In this document: in pieces, positions 48,206 to 61,424 of the stretch | How the letters are laid out: each line of letters opens with the position of its first letter | Position numbering within the stretch: position 1 is the stretch's first letter | Assembly (NCBI GenBank): GCA_003693705.1 | Contig: RBZT01000751.1 | Location: forward strand, 134,897-198,896 | Direction: 5' to 3' | Origin: Polymyxa betae A26-41 | Taxonomy: Eukaryota; Protista; Endomyxa: Phytomyxea | DNA length: 64,000 nt | Program-made: the position numbers and the translations under genes | The notes under the pieces: generated by a model | The model's input: only the letters and a program-made list of their open reading frames with translations | The model's database searches: none | Told to the model about the DNA's origin: nothing

Positions 48206-49561
48206 TTATAAAGCACTAGAAATATGTTCCTGGCTCAGCTTTTCTGTATCGATTTGTAGACCATCTAAATCTTTCTCAATGAGAGGCTCATCGGGACGGC
48301 TCAGCTTTTCTGTATCGATCTGTAGACCATCTAGATCTTTCTCAATGTGCGGCTCATCGGAACCCACTTTCTGCTCTGTCTGGTGATTGTGATCATCGAA
48401 TTCCTTGTCGGTCTGGTCACCAGGAGGAAGTATCGGCGCCGGAGGCATCATATCAGCTTCAGTGCCGAATTCGTCTTCCTCGAAATGCTCAGCCCCATAG
48501 TTATCACTCGTTACTGGATCAAAATATGCTTCGTCATCGACAGGGACAAATTCGCTTCCAAATCCGGCTCGCAACCGTCCTGATGACGAATCCACATGCA
48601 ATCTCGAAATGGTAAGTGCCGCCAACTCATTCTGCCTGGATTCCAATAGCAGCTCGGGTCGATCCCGGACGAAGTTGACCAAAACCTCATAATCCAGATC
48701 GATGGTGACTTCGTCAGCAAACTGGGGATCATAAACTTTAAATTGCCATTGACGACCAACAGATTTCTTGTGATCGCCACCCACTTCTAATACAGAAACA
48801 ATGACGTAGGTCCCATCAATATTACGCCCTTCTCGTAATACGATCTTGACTAAAGGTGCTGCACCAGCAACCGTTGTCGCTTTCTGTTTACGTCGTCTAG
48901 CGTTGATGTCAGATCACGTTCAAAAACGGCTGTTTAACCCCTACCTGGACGGCCGCTTTTTCCGACGTTTTTCAGTTAGGTTCGGGGTGCTGGCGTATCG
49001 CGAATTATGAAGCGATGGGAGAACTGTTGGTGACGATGAAGACAGCGGCGCCGATTGCGGTTTCCGATCGAGATGTAGAGGCCGTTTCTTTGACTTGTCT
49101 GCCTCGTCTAGAAGTATGCATGGATATTCGCAGAGATTCTTTAGGTATATCTGTTGGTTATGCCAATGCTGCTCCCAGACGCGGTGGTCGTAATTTGGCC
49201 CGGAAGCCTGGATCCGTTTCAGAATTTGCTGGTTTTCCTCGGTGATTTTCTTCAACCGTCGCCGCCGCGCCTCGGCGTTCAAACTTTTAAAATGGACAAA
49301 GCTATTTTGCGTCTGAGGATACGTTGGCCGTCCCATGATTTCAGCCATCTTCTCGAGTAGGATGCGATTCTCCTTTTCGATCTGGGAATAGCGCTCTAGC
49401 ATCAGCTGCTCGCGCTTCTTCTTAGTTTGTAAATGTGAGTAAACTTTGGGCTGCTTGTTGTCAATAGAAGGTTTCATGGATTTCAGACGGGAATGATGTA
49501 GATCTTGCGAAAGCTTGATCCAGTGATCCATGTTCTTCCCTATGGGCAACGCCCGATGCAT
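48206..49561 (-). CDS. CFAP97/KIAA1430-domain ciliary protein with acidic C-terminal extension
   Basis: MHRALPIG...H..RLKSMKPSIDNKQP...QIEKENRILLEKM...KSLNAEARRRRLKKITEENQQILKRIQ; one intron joins it in frame to ORF 48206..48784. Confidence 0.8.
48233..48359 (-). repeat. In-frame 66-bp coding duplication (DEPxIEKDLDGLQIDTEKLS twice)
   Basis: Directly visible in both the DNA and the translation. Confidence 0.9.
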
Positions 49562-49746
49562 TTTTCCCGAGCTGTATTGCAATAGGGGCACACTGATGCT
49601 GGATGAAACTTTGCAAAAGAGGGCGACAACTACTAAGAATATAGGGTATATCAATCTGATTTCAGCATTAATGAACCATAGGTACCATCGACCAATATCG
49701 ATCATATCCGTTTCTTTTGTCGCGGTGAATGAAACAATGCTGTGGT

Positions 49747-51158
49747 TTATTGCCGTGGTTCATCCTGGAACGAACGACATCTCCTCATACCATCAATGAA
49801 ATCTTTCATCTGGTTGTAGGTATCAGGTACTATTTGCTTACAATCATCACCAATATCGAATCCAAAATGGAACGTATTAGTGACAGTTGATTCTCCAGTC
49901 AAAGGATTTATGACACGGGCATGAACATCAATAATCGCATGTTTTCTATAGGTATATGCAACCTTCAGACTTAATAAGAATGCAGAGAAGTGATCAGTAA
50001 AGCGATATTTACCTGGGCCTCAAAACTTAGAATAGAGCCAATGCCAACGGGCCGGATAAACTCAACATCATCAATAAATGTTGGGGATGGATGGCGTTTA
50101 GCTAGTTTATAAGCGATCAGCCAAGCAAGCTCATACGCCGACGCCATCAAATAGCCACCGAACATTCGCCCATGTCTTGATCGCGTTTAGCATTCAGTTT
50201 TGAAAATTCTGAATACGAACACATTACGATTCTGGCTATGCATCAGAAGAGTTTTGTCATCACGAGCTTCTTGAGGCCAAATGAACTTGTCCGGATTCGA
50301 CCCTCTTTCACTGTGAAGGTGATGCAATAGGGAAATCTCCTCGGGAGACCACGTTGTCGAACGGAGTTGATCTTTTTTACCTGGCTTAGCTGCATCGTGA
50401 GCTTCCTTTCCATCGGATACTGGCATCAAACTAGGAACTGGTTGCGCGACGTTTTGATCGCGAGCTCGTGCTACCATTAAGAAGGTTGATGATGCTGTCA
50501 GAAATAAGAGGCATTGAATATCGAATCGCAATCAATTACCTAGATGAATAGGAGGATTGCTATTACTAACTTCGCTGACAGAGACGGAAACTCGCAATGA
50601 GCTACGTCCGACATGAATTACAGCCCCTTCAAGCTGGAGCTCGTTTTCAACTTTCAGTTCCGAAAACAATCGCATTCGGTCCATGCAAGCTGTTACAATG
50701 ATTGGCGATGGACCGCAATGTCGGTATGCTATATCGGCTAAAGAAACATTATACGAGAAATTCAGCATCGCTCACGATCAGGCTTGTTGACCTGCTAAGG
50801 CATCCAGATCTTCTAAAACTCGACCAAGACGGATATATCTGTCACTTCCGAAGAGAGAGTACTTGCTTCTAAGTATCTCAGAACCAGATAAAGGCAGCCT
50901 TAACGTCATACGAGACGATAATGATGTGTGTTCCGGAGCGCTAAGTCTTTTTAAAACCGGTTTTGCAGATTGACGAATGCTTTACTTTGGATAATGCCAT
51001 ATCATTCCAGAGAAGATATCACTAGGGACGCCTCGCTGTTTTTGAAGGTTAAGTGTCATAGGCGCCACTTTCCTCATCGTGGCTTCATCCCGAACGATTA
51101 TTCTAGCAGCAGCGTCCACTTGAAAGGCCCTGATTATTCTCCTCGATGACAGCATCAT
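49747..51158 (-). CDS. ACOT9: Acyl-CoA thioesterase 9-like (double hotdog), mitochondrial-type N-terminus
   Basis: IRLGRVLEDLDALA, IVTACMDR, VIHVGRSSL, MHSQNRN..GRMFGGYLM..AYELAW, FIRPVGIGS, NTFHFGF. Confidence 0.88.
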
Positions 51159-51351
51159 CGTGAAGGTCCTCTTATGGACGAAACAACTAAATGAGGAATA
51201 AATCCCGTTGAACATTTCTAAGTGGGTTGCGACCTGACGTTCTCTTACTGAAAGGAGACGTAATCAGGACACGACGTCCCACTCTAGCGCTTAAGCAGCT
51301 TCTCTAAGAGTGCTCGAATATTGTCATTTTTCGATTTTGGCTTCTAAGGAA

Positions 51352-53714
51352 ATGGTCAAGTCAACATGGTCGGAGGAGAATGTTCAGGAGCTGACACGGG
51401 TCCTGAACCATGATAATCACGAGCTTCGAGTAGAGTGAGAGATCGCCGTGCTGGCAGGTAGACTGACAGGAATTTAGGCGAACATGTTAGAGACGTTTCG
51501 CGATCCTTTGTTTAGACGCGATTACTATATGGGAGTTCAGGAGCATCGGAAACGACTTGATCAACAACTTGCTGCTATCCTCAGCAAGAAATTCGCGCGT
51601 GTGCAGGATTATCAAGAGGATCCTCTTAGGTGAAAGTTGCATGGAATGTCAACTAAGGGCTCAGATCTGAGCAATTGATATATAGATTCTTCACATATCT
51701 TGAATCACTGATTTTCGTTGATTACTCTTTATCAATCAAACACGGTGTCCATTGGACGCTTTGTGGAGGCACGATTCAAACATTAGGCACAAAGAAACAC
51801 ACAGTTTGGTTGGATCGTATGAACACAGGACAAATCATTGGCTGTTTTGCCATGACGGGTAAGCGTCTTACCAAATCAAATGTGACGTCAATTATAACAT
51901 CTCTAAGAGCTTGGTCATGGTTCTAACGTCGCCGGTATTGAGACAGTTGCCTTTTATGATCCCAAAACCAAAGAGTTCGTTATCAACACGCCAACGGAAT
52001 CGGCTCAAAAATTCTGGATTGGAGGCGCTGCCTCAACTTCTCATATTTCTACTGTTTTCGCTCAGTTAACCGTTGGGAATGTACTGCGTGGCATTCACGT
52101 TTTCGTTGTGCGACTGCGAAATGATGATGGGTCAGTTTGCAAAGGAATTCGAATTAAAGACAATGGAGCCAAGGTCTTGATGCATTGCAGAAGCTCAGTA
52201 TTTACACTCATTACCGTGGCAGATGGGTCTCAATGGGGTTGACAATGGAAGAATCTGGTTTGATAATTATCGTGTTCCATTGGATGGTTTGCTAGACAAA
52301 TACTGTTCGGTTACACCAGAAGGGGAGTATTCAAGCCCTATCAAGGACAACAACAGCCGATTTGGCACTATGATCAGTACCCTCTATTCATCAAGTCACT
52401 TGAGCTTTCCTTGATTGATTCTGTAGGTGGACTGGTAGCTGGCCGAGTGTCAATTGCGTCTGGTGGCGTATTTGCTGCTAAGATGGCCTTGAACATCGCT
52501 ATTCGGTACGGATATCACCGAAAGCAGTTTGGCTCCCCAAAAGAACTACCAATCATCACATATACGACTCATCATCGTCGCTTGTTTCCTGGACTGGCTA
52601 CAACAATTGCCCTCCATTTCTATCTGGGAAAATGCAAAGATCTGTATTTGCAAAAATCCCCGAAGACGATGAAAAAGGTCGGGTATCCGACCAGCAGCAA
52701 TACTTCGAAAGTTGACAGTTATTGTAGATTCATTTGGCAGTTTCAGGATTAAAAGCTTGGGGCACCTGTAAGCTCCTGTTTCAAAGCCTTTAACTTTTCG
52801 TCACGCCTTTTTAGGGAATAGAGTTGAAGTTCTCCATGCTTGCCGTGACAGTTTGGGTAAGTACACTTTATTCCATTGTTCGGCGATGTCGCTGACTCCA
52901 AAATAGGAGGGCAGGGCGTTGCTGCTGTAAATTGGATTGGACCTGCCATTGCTGATTTTGACGTTGATACGACGTTTGAAGGTGACAATGTTATCTTGCT
53001 TCAGCAGATTAGCAAGGTAAAGAGTAATTATTGCTCGCTTTGACTGGAATTCAGCTCAATATATAGTCTTTGCTGAGTGAAGCTGTAAAGGCCCAACAGC
53101 CTTCGAAGCTTGGCGAGATTCCCCTCGTCTCAAATTTTTCTGACTTAAAAGCGTTAAGTACACTTCTACATTACCGACGAGATCTCTCTCTGTTATGCTA
53201 TGTAAAGAAAATCAACACTTTAAAACAGAGTGGCCAGAAGACAAGCGAGGCAATGAATAACTCTCTTCATCTTGCATTAGATTGTGCTTGGGGGAAAGTT
53301 GAGGTCTGCTCAAATCAGCGACCTTGCATGACTGCTGTTCAAATAATTTTGTAGGCTGATGTTATGGACTGCTTCCAAGAGACCATCTCAAAATGCACAG
53401 AAAGTCTTCGAAACAACCTACTCCCTGTTCTCAGGCTATTCATTTTATCCCTTATTGAGAAGCATATGGCGTTCTACTTACAGCACGGTCTACTAAAAGG
53501 CAACCAAGCGGATAAGGTCGCCGATCTTATCAACGAAATTGGTCAACAATTTTTCCTAACGTATATGTCGTTGTGTCGGAATCATGTGATTTTAACATCT
53601 CTTAGTGGAACAGCTCTTCGCATCGTCGACAGTCTTGGCATCCCAGAGCACATGCTACCTCCAGTTTGTTTCCCCGATTACTTCAACAAGTTTGCTTATG
53701 CCTCGAAATTGTAA
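51352..53714 (+). CDS. ACOX: Peroxisomal acyl-CoA oxidase
   Basis: GCFAMTELGHGSNVAGIET, AQKFWIGG, KMGLNGVDNG, TTFEGDNVILLQQ; C-terminal PTS1 SKL. Confidence 0.95.
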
Positions 53715-54157
53715 TCTTCCCAAACATTCACTGACTCGTTTTCATCTCTGTTAAATGGTTCAATTGTTCTAAATAAACGTGCCTATGCGTTTCTGTGAGG
53801 AGAAATTGGGCAGGTAAGAGTGAAAGCTGGTACACCAGTTTGCATTGGAATTTCAAGTGTAGACCGAATCTTGGATGAACTTGATGCTGAGTACAGGCAA
53901 TAAACAAAACTAATAGATAATGGTTAAAATTTGCTCGCACTAAAAAATACTCCTGAAGGCCTTAAAACCTTTGAACAGCATGCATGAACAGCAAACTATC
54001 GATTTCTCTCAAAAGTCCAAGTGCATGAATCGGTCAATTGTCTAGATTATTTGAGAAAGACGAACGGAAATGTTCAGTCTCAGAGGTCATTAGGTACAAA
54101 TAGTTCCGGGTGAGTACAAAACCCGACTTTATTAGGGTGTACGCCTAAGTCCCCAAG

Positions 54158-54214
54158 CCTATCGATAGGGATCCCATGTCTATCGATAGGGATCCCATGC
54201 CCATCGATAGGGAT
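54158..54214. repeat. 21-bp tandem repeat built from palindromes, spanning the PIP5K start
   Basis: ctatcgatagggatcccatg occurs twice plus a partial copy; it contains palindromes cctatcgatagg and gggatccc. Confidence 0.8.
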
Positions 54215-56217
54215 GACGTCCAGCTCGAAATCGATGATTTTTCGCCGGATCCCAGCCTGGAACCCAGGAAAAGGGCCAGATCTGGGACAGGCATGAAATT
54301 AGCTGCGGATTCGTCCGAGCTTTCTCGTTCGGTCGACCCCGCTATCGACGAGCGAGCTTTTGCTGCCAGCCCTATTGTAGGACAGGAACCGTTTTCTAGC
54401 TATGCGGGATGATGAATTTCAATAGCGGTCGTCCTCGAAGGCGCAAAGTCGTTCGCCTTCGATCGAATCTCGCATATCCAAGAGTCGGGTCTCTCGGCAA
54501 ATGTCGCAAATGATCCAAAAATTTAGCCCGAGAAAAGAAGTTCCGATTTCAAGATCGCATCCTGAGTTTGAATTAACTTGTGATATGATGCTTGGGATCC
54601 GATACACTGTTGGAAAATCAACCATGAATATCGATGATAAGCCAGTTTCAGCAAAGGATTTCAAAAGCACCTTCTCATACTTGTTTCCTCATGAAGGCTC
54701 TTCAAGGTACCATGATGGTGCATTTTTTGTTTGGGCCCTTTGCTGATTTTTTTCCAAGTACACCAGCTCATCCACTACCATCTTTCAAATTCAAGGATTA
54801 CCAGCCGGCTGTCTATCGAAGCCTCCGAAGGCGTTTCGGTATTGACACCGCTGATTATTTGCTGTGTTTGTGTGGAGATAAGCAATATCTGGAATTTATC
54901 GCCAATTCCAAATCAGGTTCGAGTATATCATGCTAGGAGCTGAGCATGTCGTAAATATCATGCTCAGGCCAATTCTTCTTCTACTCCCATGACAGGCAGT
55001 TCATGATAAAGACGATCACGAACTCTGAAGCGAAGTTTCTGCAGAGAATTCTCCCTCATTATTATAGGTACTGTTTGCTTGTTGTTGATGAATGGATTAC
55101 CATTCTAAATGCCTCCTAGATACGTGATGGAAAACCCAAATACGCTGCTAACTTCATTTCTGGGCATGCATCGTGTGAAACCTCACAAAATGAAGAAAAT
55201 GCACTTTGTCATCATGGGCAGCGTATTCTATACTGATAAGTTTATCCATGAAGTATACGATATCAAAGGTCCCGAATTACACTTTGCTGCTAGTTGACTT
55301 GTCTGATTTTTGGCGAAGGATCCACATTGGGTCGAAAGGCCACTGATGCTGAAAGATGTCAGGATACTCCGGTGCTGAAGGACCTGGATTTCATAGAGAA
55401 CGCTCAGTTTGTCAATATAGGTCAATTCATTTCTTTTGTCGTTGAGTCCTCACTCAATACTCCAACAGGAACCGAAAATGGCCAGCTGTTTTTGAAACAG
55501 TTGCAAAACGATGCCAAGTTCCTGAAGAAGCTGAAAATCATGGATTACAGGTTTGCGAATTTGACGTTGATCGGATTCTATCTAACGCTGCTGCCAAGTC
55601 TTCTGCTCGGCATTCATAAAATCGATGCCGAGGCGACGAAGTCGTTGAAATCCATTGAAGACGGCGAGTCCAGACAGCATAGAAGGAAGCAGAGCAACTA
55701 TGGTCTAAAAACCTGGCACCAAGTTAGTCTATATTAACTATATCGTTCGCCCATATTGACAGTTCTAGGTGGTGGCATCTCCTCAGGTGTTGTTCGACGA
55801 CCTACCCGAAGAAACCGCTAAGAACGAGCAGCCTTCTTCGTTAAGGTTTGCAGTTCAGATTTGACGCTCCCATTGACGATAATATTGTGGAACAGGAATC
55901 TACAAATTAATACATCCTTGTCGATTCAACAGTCTCTATTTCGAAAGGATCACGGCGGGATCTGCTCCATAGATTCTTCAGGGATGAGGCATCAAAATCG
56001 GATATTCTTTATGGGCATTATCGACATTCTTCAGAGGTATAATACTAGAAAGCAGCTGGAACATCACTGGAAAGCTATCCAATATGATAAAGTAAGAATC
56101 AAATCCAACAGGTCGAATAATTTCTGACAGTTTCTGCAGAACACCATCTCAGCCGTCAATCCGACTGTCTATTGCAATAGGTTTCTAGAGTTCCTGAAAC
56201 GAGCCACGATAATATAA
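54176..56217 (+). CDS. PIP5K: Phosphatidylinositol-4-phosphate 5-kinase
   Basis: MMLGIRYTVG, FKFKDYQP, SKSGQFFFYSHDRQFMIKT, YDIKGS, LKDLDF, IMDYSLLLGIH, MGIIDILQRY, ISAVNP..Y..RF. Confidence 0.95.
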
Positions 56218-56443
56218 CATCATCGGCGCCACCCACCGAATCGAATTTAGTTAATATTGGCGCTTCTCAACCCGAGGATCCGCTTAAATATATTCAATAG
56301 AGACAGTCCATCCCATTAACGGCTTGTTTGTATTCTGACAAATCTGTAGCAAGCCGAAGCCATTCCACCACGTAGATAGTGTTGTTACGCTCATAGGCTG
56401 GAAAGAGGCCGCGATCGAGGTCACTGCTTCAGGGGACCTGATA

Positions 56444-58468
56444 ATGACGCCGTCTCCCATGCCCGGGCGTCATGGGCTTCTGTCGCCCATGCGCTCCTGG
56501 CTTGAGCCCGCCGCTGTCAATATCAGTCTGACGCCATCACAGCAGGCTCTGATTCAGAAATCGGGCCGACTTCTGGTCGCAGGTCGCGCTGAAGACGCCT
56601 TGCGCCTATGTGATGAGGCACTGGAGTCGATTTCGGAAGTAGATAGAGATGAAGAAGGGGCAGTTGCTGTCGATGCAAGTAGGCAAAGTCTCCTGCAGCC
56701 CGAAGTTTAAAGTTTTGACTTCTTTCAAGGCGAGTTGTCTCGGCTGTATGTGCTAAGAGCGCAAGCCAATGGCCGATTAGGCAATGTTGCGGAGTCGAAT
56801 CTGGATCTTGAACGGTCATTGAGCCTTGATAAAAACCACCCCGAAGCGCTGAATACAAGGTTGTGCATTACATTTTCTCGTAAGATTTGGATCAGAAATC
56901 TGATTCTTTAGAGCAATGCATCGACTGGATCTGAACGACATTCCTGGTGCCCTGGAAGATGTTAATAAGGCAATCGAAATCGCCCCGAACAGGTTCAAAC
57001 GATTTGCTTTGACACGATAGTCGGTTTCTGAATTATCCCAAAGTGCCCGGTTCTACTCGACTCGATCTGCTATCTATATGACAGCTGGTGACATTCGATC
57101 TGCCCGAGAGGATTGTGATACAATTCTGAGCTTAGATTCAACGTTAGCTGAGGTATCAATTCCTCAAGCAATTGATTGAAGGAATAATACTTTTATAGGC
57201 CTATGCGAATCGTGCTGTCTGTCACTGCCTTGATAACCCTCCATCGCTGTCGCTTGCTCTGCTTGATATCAATAATGGAATCGACTTTGATCCTTGCAAC
57301 GCATCGTTATTTCGTGTAAGGGCTGGAGTTATGGTGCTACTTGATCGGAAAGACAACGCCATTGCTGATGTAGCCATTTTTGAAATTTTTCTTTTACTCT
57401 GCGGTTCTGAAAAGATTTCAGCTTGATCGAGCGGTGACGTTGCGCCCTGCGGATATGGCTCTGAGGCGAAAACGTGCCGATTTATATAAAAATCTTGGAG
57501 ATGCCGCTCCTGCCCTAGAAGACTACGATGTCATTCTAGAGCACAATCCGAATGATATTTCTTCATTGAGAAATCGTGCTGATATATATCTGGAAATGGA
57601 TCGGGCTACTGATGCACTTGCTGACTACGGGCGTCTGATTCAGCTACTCCCTGATTGTCCATTAATTTGGGCCAACTATGCCCGCGTTCAGTTCCAAGCC
57701 CAATTGATCGAGGTTGGATAAGTCATTCACTTGACTGCGTTTTATGTGCGTTTTAAAGCATTCGTACAGGATTGTATAAAAAGCGCTAATCGTAGCCTCT
57801 CCCTCCCGGATCCATCCAACGTTGAAGGTCGTGACCGCTCTCGATACATCGCAAACAGTTTTCTGGGTACATCTCTGAATTCTAGCTGACTGTTGAATAA
57901 TGTTCGAATGATTTAGGGCTAGCAGCTGTTCAACAAGCTCACATCGATGAGGCATGCAAGTTTTTTACTAACGCTTTGACGATCGTACCTGATGCAATTT
58001 CGGTGCGAGCGAACCGCGCTCAATGCTTCGCTGAGCTTGGAAAGCATCCGGAGGCCATCCGAGAATTCTCGAAAATTTTAAAGGTAGGGTTTTAGCATCA
58101 TCTTCCTTCATGCGCTAATACCGATTGCGTAGGTAGAGGCATACGCCGAAATCTACCTGCAACGGGCGCGAAGTAAACAAGCATTAGGGCAACTAGACGG
58201 CGCTATTGCTGATGTGAATCAAGCAATCGCTTTAGATCCATCGTCAACAGGTCTTTTGGTCTCTCGAGCTATAATCTATGACAGGCAAGGCAATGAAGAA
58301 GAGGCGATTAAGGATTGCAGCGCCGCTCTAGAGCTCGACCCTTATGACGTCTCTGCGAAACAACTTCTGCGAACTTTGGAAACTCGCAAGACGCGGACCA
58401 ATCCCGCACCTAAACGGCGGCGAATACGGCAAGGCGATGACGTGTCGCTGGACAGCTCCGTGGGCTGA
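56444..58468 (+). CDS. TPR-repeat protein
   Basis: Many TPR units across exons (ALEDYDVILEHNPND, AIKDCSAALELDP) and a basic NLS-like tail PKRRR. Confidence 0.8.
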
Positions 58469-58817
58469 TTAATAGTGTACTATTAAACAAATAATTTAAG
58501 AATGCTCGCTGTTCTTCGTGACTGGCTTCGGTGAAAGCGCGTCGCAACGGCAATCGGTGCTACATACAATACCGGGCGCGGTTCCCACGGACTGCGACTA
58601 CCGTAGGGAACGCAGCCGCCTGGCCCACTGGCATCTGATGACTGGCCCCCAGTCGGAACGAGACTGGTGTGCGGGACCCCTATCAAAGCCAGTGACTGGA
58701 ATCGCCGATGACTGGTGGGCTGGGGTCGCAGCCTTTACCAGAGGGGTTTGGGGGTCTTGGGGTCAATTCGATGATCTCGTAGGGAGACCCTGCACTCTAT
58801 TCTATTTCACATCGCCC

Positions 58818-60490
58818 ATGGGCAAGTATAAGGTCCTACAGAAGCTCGGTCAGGGCTCGTATGGGACCGTATTCCTCGTCCACGACACCAAGGATGGACG
58901 TCTGTTCGTGATGAAGAAGATCACGGTCCAGGGCATGTCGTCCAGCGAGCTCGTCGATTGCAAGCGTGAGATCCAAATCTTGGCCATGCTGAAACACCCG
59001 AATGTTATTGGGTATCAGCGGTCCTTTGTGAGACGTGGTGCCCTCTGCATCGTTATGGATTACGCTGACGGCGGCGATCTGCATCGAATGATCCACAAAC
59101 AGAGAAAGCTATGCAAGGCCGGAGCGCCTGGCTTCGATGAGAACATGGTCTTGGACCTATTGGCCCAAGTGGCCTTAGGACTACAGCATATCCATCGTCA
59201 TAAGATTCTACACAGGTAAATGACAAAGCTATTTGATTTCAGAATCGCTCATTAATCACCGACAAAAAGGGATCTCAAGACGCAGAATATCTTTCTGACG
59301 AAAGACGGCGGGGTTCGTCTGGGCGATTTCGGTATCTCTCGTGTCATGGCCAGTACGATGGATCAGGCCAAAACGCTGGTCGGGACGCCGTACTATCTGT
59401 CGCCCGAGATGGTCAACGGTCTTCCATACGACAGCAAGACCGATATGTGGTCGCTGGGTGTCGTTCTCTATGAGATGTAAGCGCCTAGTTTTTAGGGGTC
59501 GTACTGCCCTCGCTCATGACACGTTTTCCATTTAGGTTGACCTTGGAACATCCGTTCAATGCCGACAATCTACAGATGCTGGCCCTTCGGATCATCCAGG
59601 GCAATTACCCGCCAGTACCGCCGTGCTATTCGGAGGAGATTAAAGGCCTATTAGCTGGACTGCTGGATCAGAATCCAGTGACCAGAATGTCGGTCGATCA
59701 ATGTCTGGCGCATCCTCTGCTGGCGTCGCGTCTGTCGAAATTCGCTGGCAGCAATGTGTCGCCGCAGTCGTCGCTGGCATCGCTGCCGCGCCTGCAGATC
59801 GACGACGAACCCAATCTACGATCGGATACATCGCCGTCTATTGATAACACCGAACTGATGGACGACAGAACGCCAAGTCCAGAATCTAGGAAGAAGAACC
59901 TTGTTAGAAGAGCGGATCCGAAGGATATGATCGTTGCCGAGGCGAATCGATCTCGAGAGAGTCAGGTTGGTTGATGTGCTGTAAGGCAAAGCGATGCGAT
60001 TCTGACGTCCCATTCATAGGTGAAAGAAGCTGAAACTCAAAATGGGACCTGCCAGTCGACATCGTCGCAGTTGCAGCATCAACGAACATCATCAACGGTC
60101 GTCAATCCGTCATCGATGGAGCAAGATAACGAACCTGAATGGTCGGGCTTACAATGCCCTGATAATGCTCGATCGGCATTATATATAACGCCACAGCCTA
60201 AACCACCACAGCCTCAGCCTAGGTTCGTAATTATGCTCTCGGTTTATTGCTGGATTAATCTGAGTATAATTATTAGGCCACCGATATCTCAGCCGAGAGC
60301 TTACCAAATCGGTGTGCTACGTGGGCATTTATTGGCAAAACTGGGTGAACGAGCGATCCAGAGTCTAATGGATGTGCTCGTATCAGATCTGGATAATGCC
60401 ACCAAAGATCAACATGTGAAATCTCTAATAGGACCACATCAAGAGCTCCTTCCAATTGTGCATACTCTCATCTATCTACAATACCGATAG
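58818..60490 (+). CDS. NIMA-related (NEK) Ser/Thr kinase
   Basis: [59 protein letters not shown]. Confidence 0.93.
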
Positions 60491-60694
60491 GTTACGAATC
60501 GGTCTTGTTTAATGCTTAATACCCGAACACAAACACCACTCCATATTTATAATATATAAACAAACTTCCTCGCTATTCAGGATGTTGTATCGGCCTAGAA
60601 TGAATATAGGCTGTGACTGTTCTGGCTGCAACTTGATGCTGTATGATATGATGTGTAGATTGGAATTGTTATCAGTCACTATAAGGTCGTGTAG

Positions 60695-61387
60695 ATGGTC
60701 AAGCAGTTTCCCATCAGCCCCGAATCCAGCACAAAAGTCGGGTTTGATGAGATTAGCGACAAGGGCGTGAAGAAACGCACCCAGTGGACATTTTCCAGAA
60801 GCTCATTAGGCTGGCGACATCGATTCGCCACCATCAATGTTGCCAATAACGTTCGGAATGTGGCAGCCTCATGCACCATGATCTTGAACTCGTTCGTTCT
60901 GGGCATTGGATGCATCATGATCTACAACGTATCTTGGGGCTGTTCACAGTTCTCTTCCTGCCCTGCGAAATGCTCCTTTCTAATAGGATTGGGTGTTCAA
61001 TGCGTCATCCTGCTGAGTCTATCAATGACGTTATTCCTATCATCAGCGTATCAGTTCCCAGTTAGCTCGCCTTTATCATATCTCCCATCAATGCTTGGTG
61101 CTATGACCATTATCACATATCATTGGGTCCTATATGGCACATACGCCAAGATCATCACCAATGTCTGCCAATCATCGCGGCTCGAATATGCCTTCTCCAT
61201 CGTCCTGGTCCTGGGTCACGTCCTGTTGGGCATGCCGAGCCTGATCACGGCACTGATCTGGAAATTCGGCCGACATTCTACGTTCGAAGAGCAGAACCTG
61301 TGTCAGGCCGACGATGAAAGCGCGGCTCCAACGCATGAGACGAACTCGCTTCTGAAACATCAGCTGAACGATCACGAATCATGCTAG
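60695..61387 (+). CDS. Intronless four-TM membrane protein of unknown function
   Basis: 230-aa ORF with four hydrophobic segments and Cys residues in the loops. Confidence 0.7.
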   Translation: MVKQFPISPESSTKVGFDEISDKGVKKRTQWTFSRSSLGWRHRFATINVANNVRNVAASCTMILNSFVLGIGCIMIYNVSWGCSQFSSCPAKCSFLIGLGVQCVILLSLSMTLFLSSAYQFPVSSPLSYLPSMLGAMTIITYHWVLYGTYAKIITNVCQSSRLEYAFSIVLVLGHVLLGMPSLITALIWKFGRHSTFEEQNLCQADDESAAPTHETNSLLKHQLNDHESC

Positions 61388-61424
61388 AAGAGATTGATCG
61401 CCATCATCAAATGAGTTTATCATA

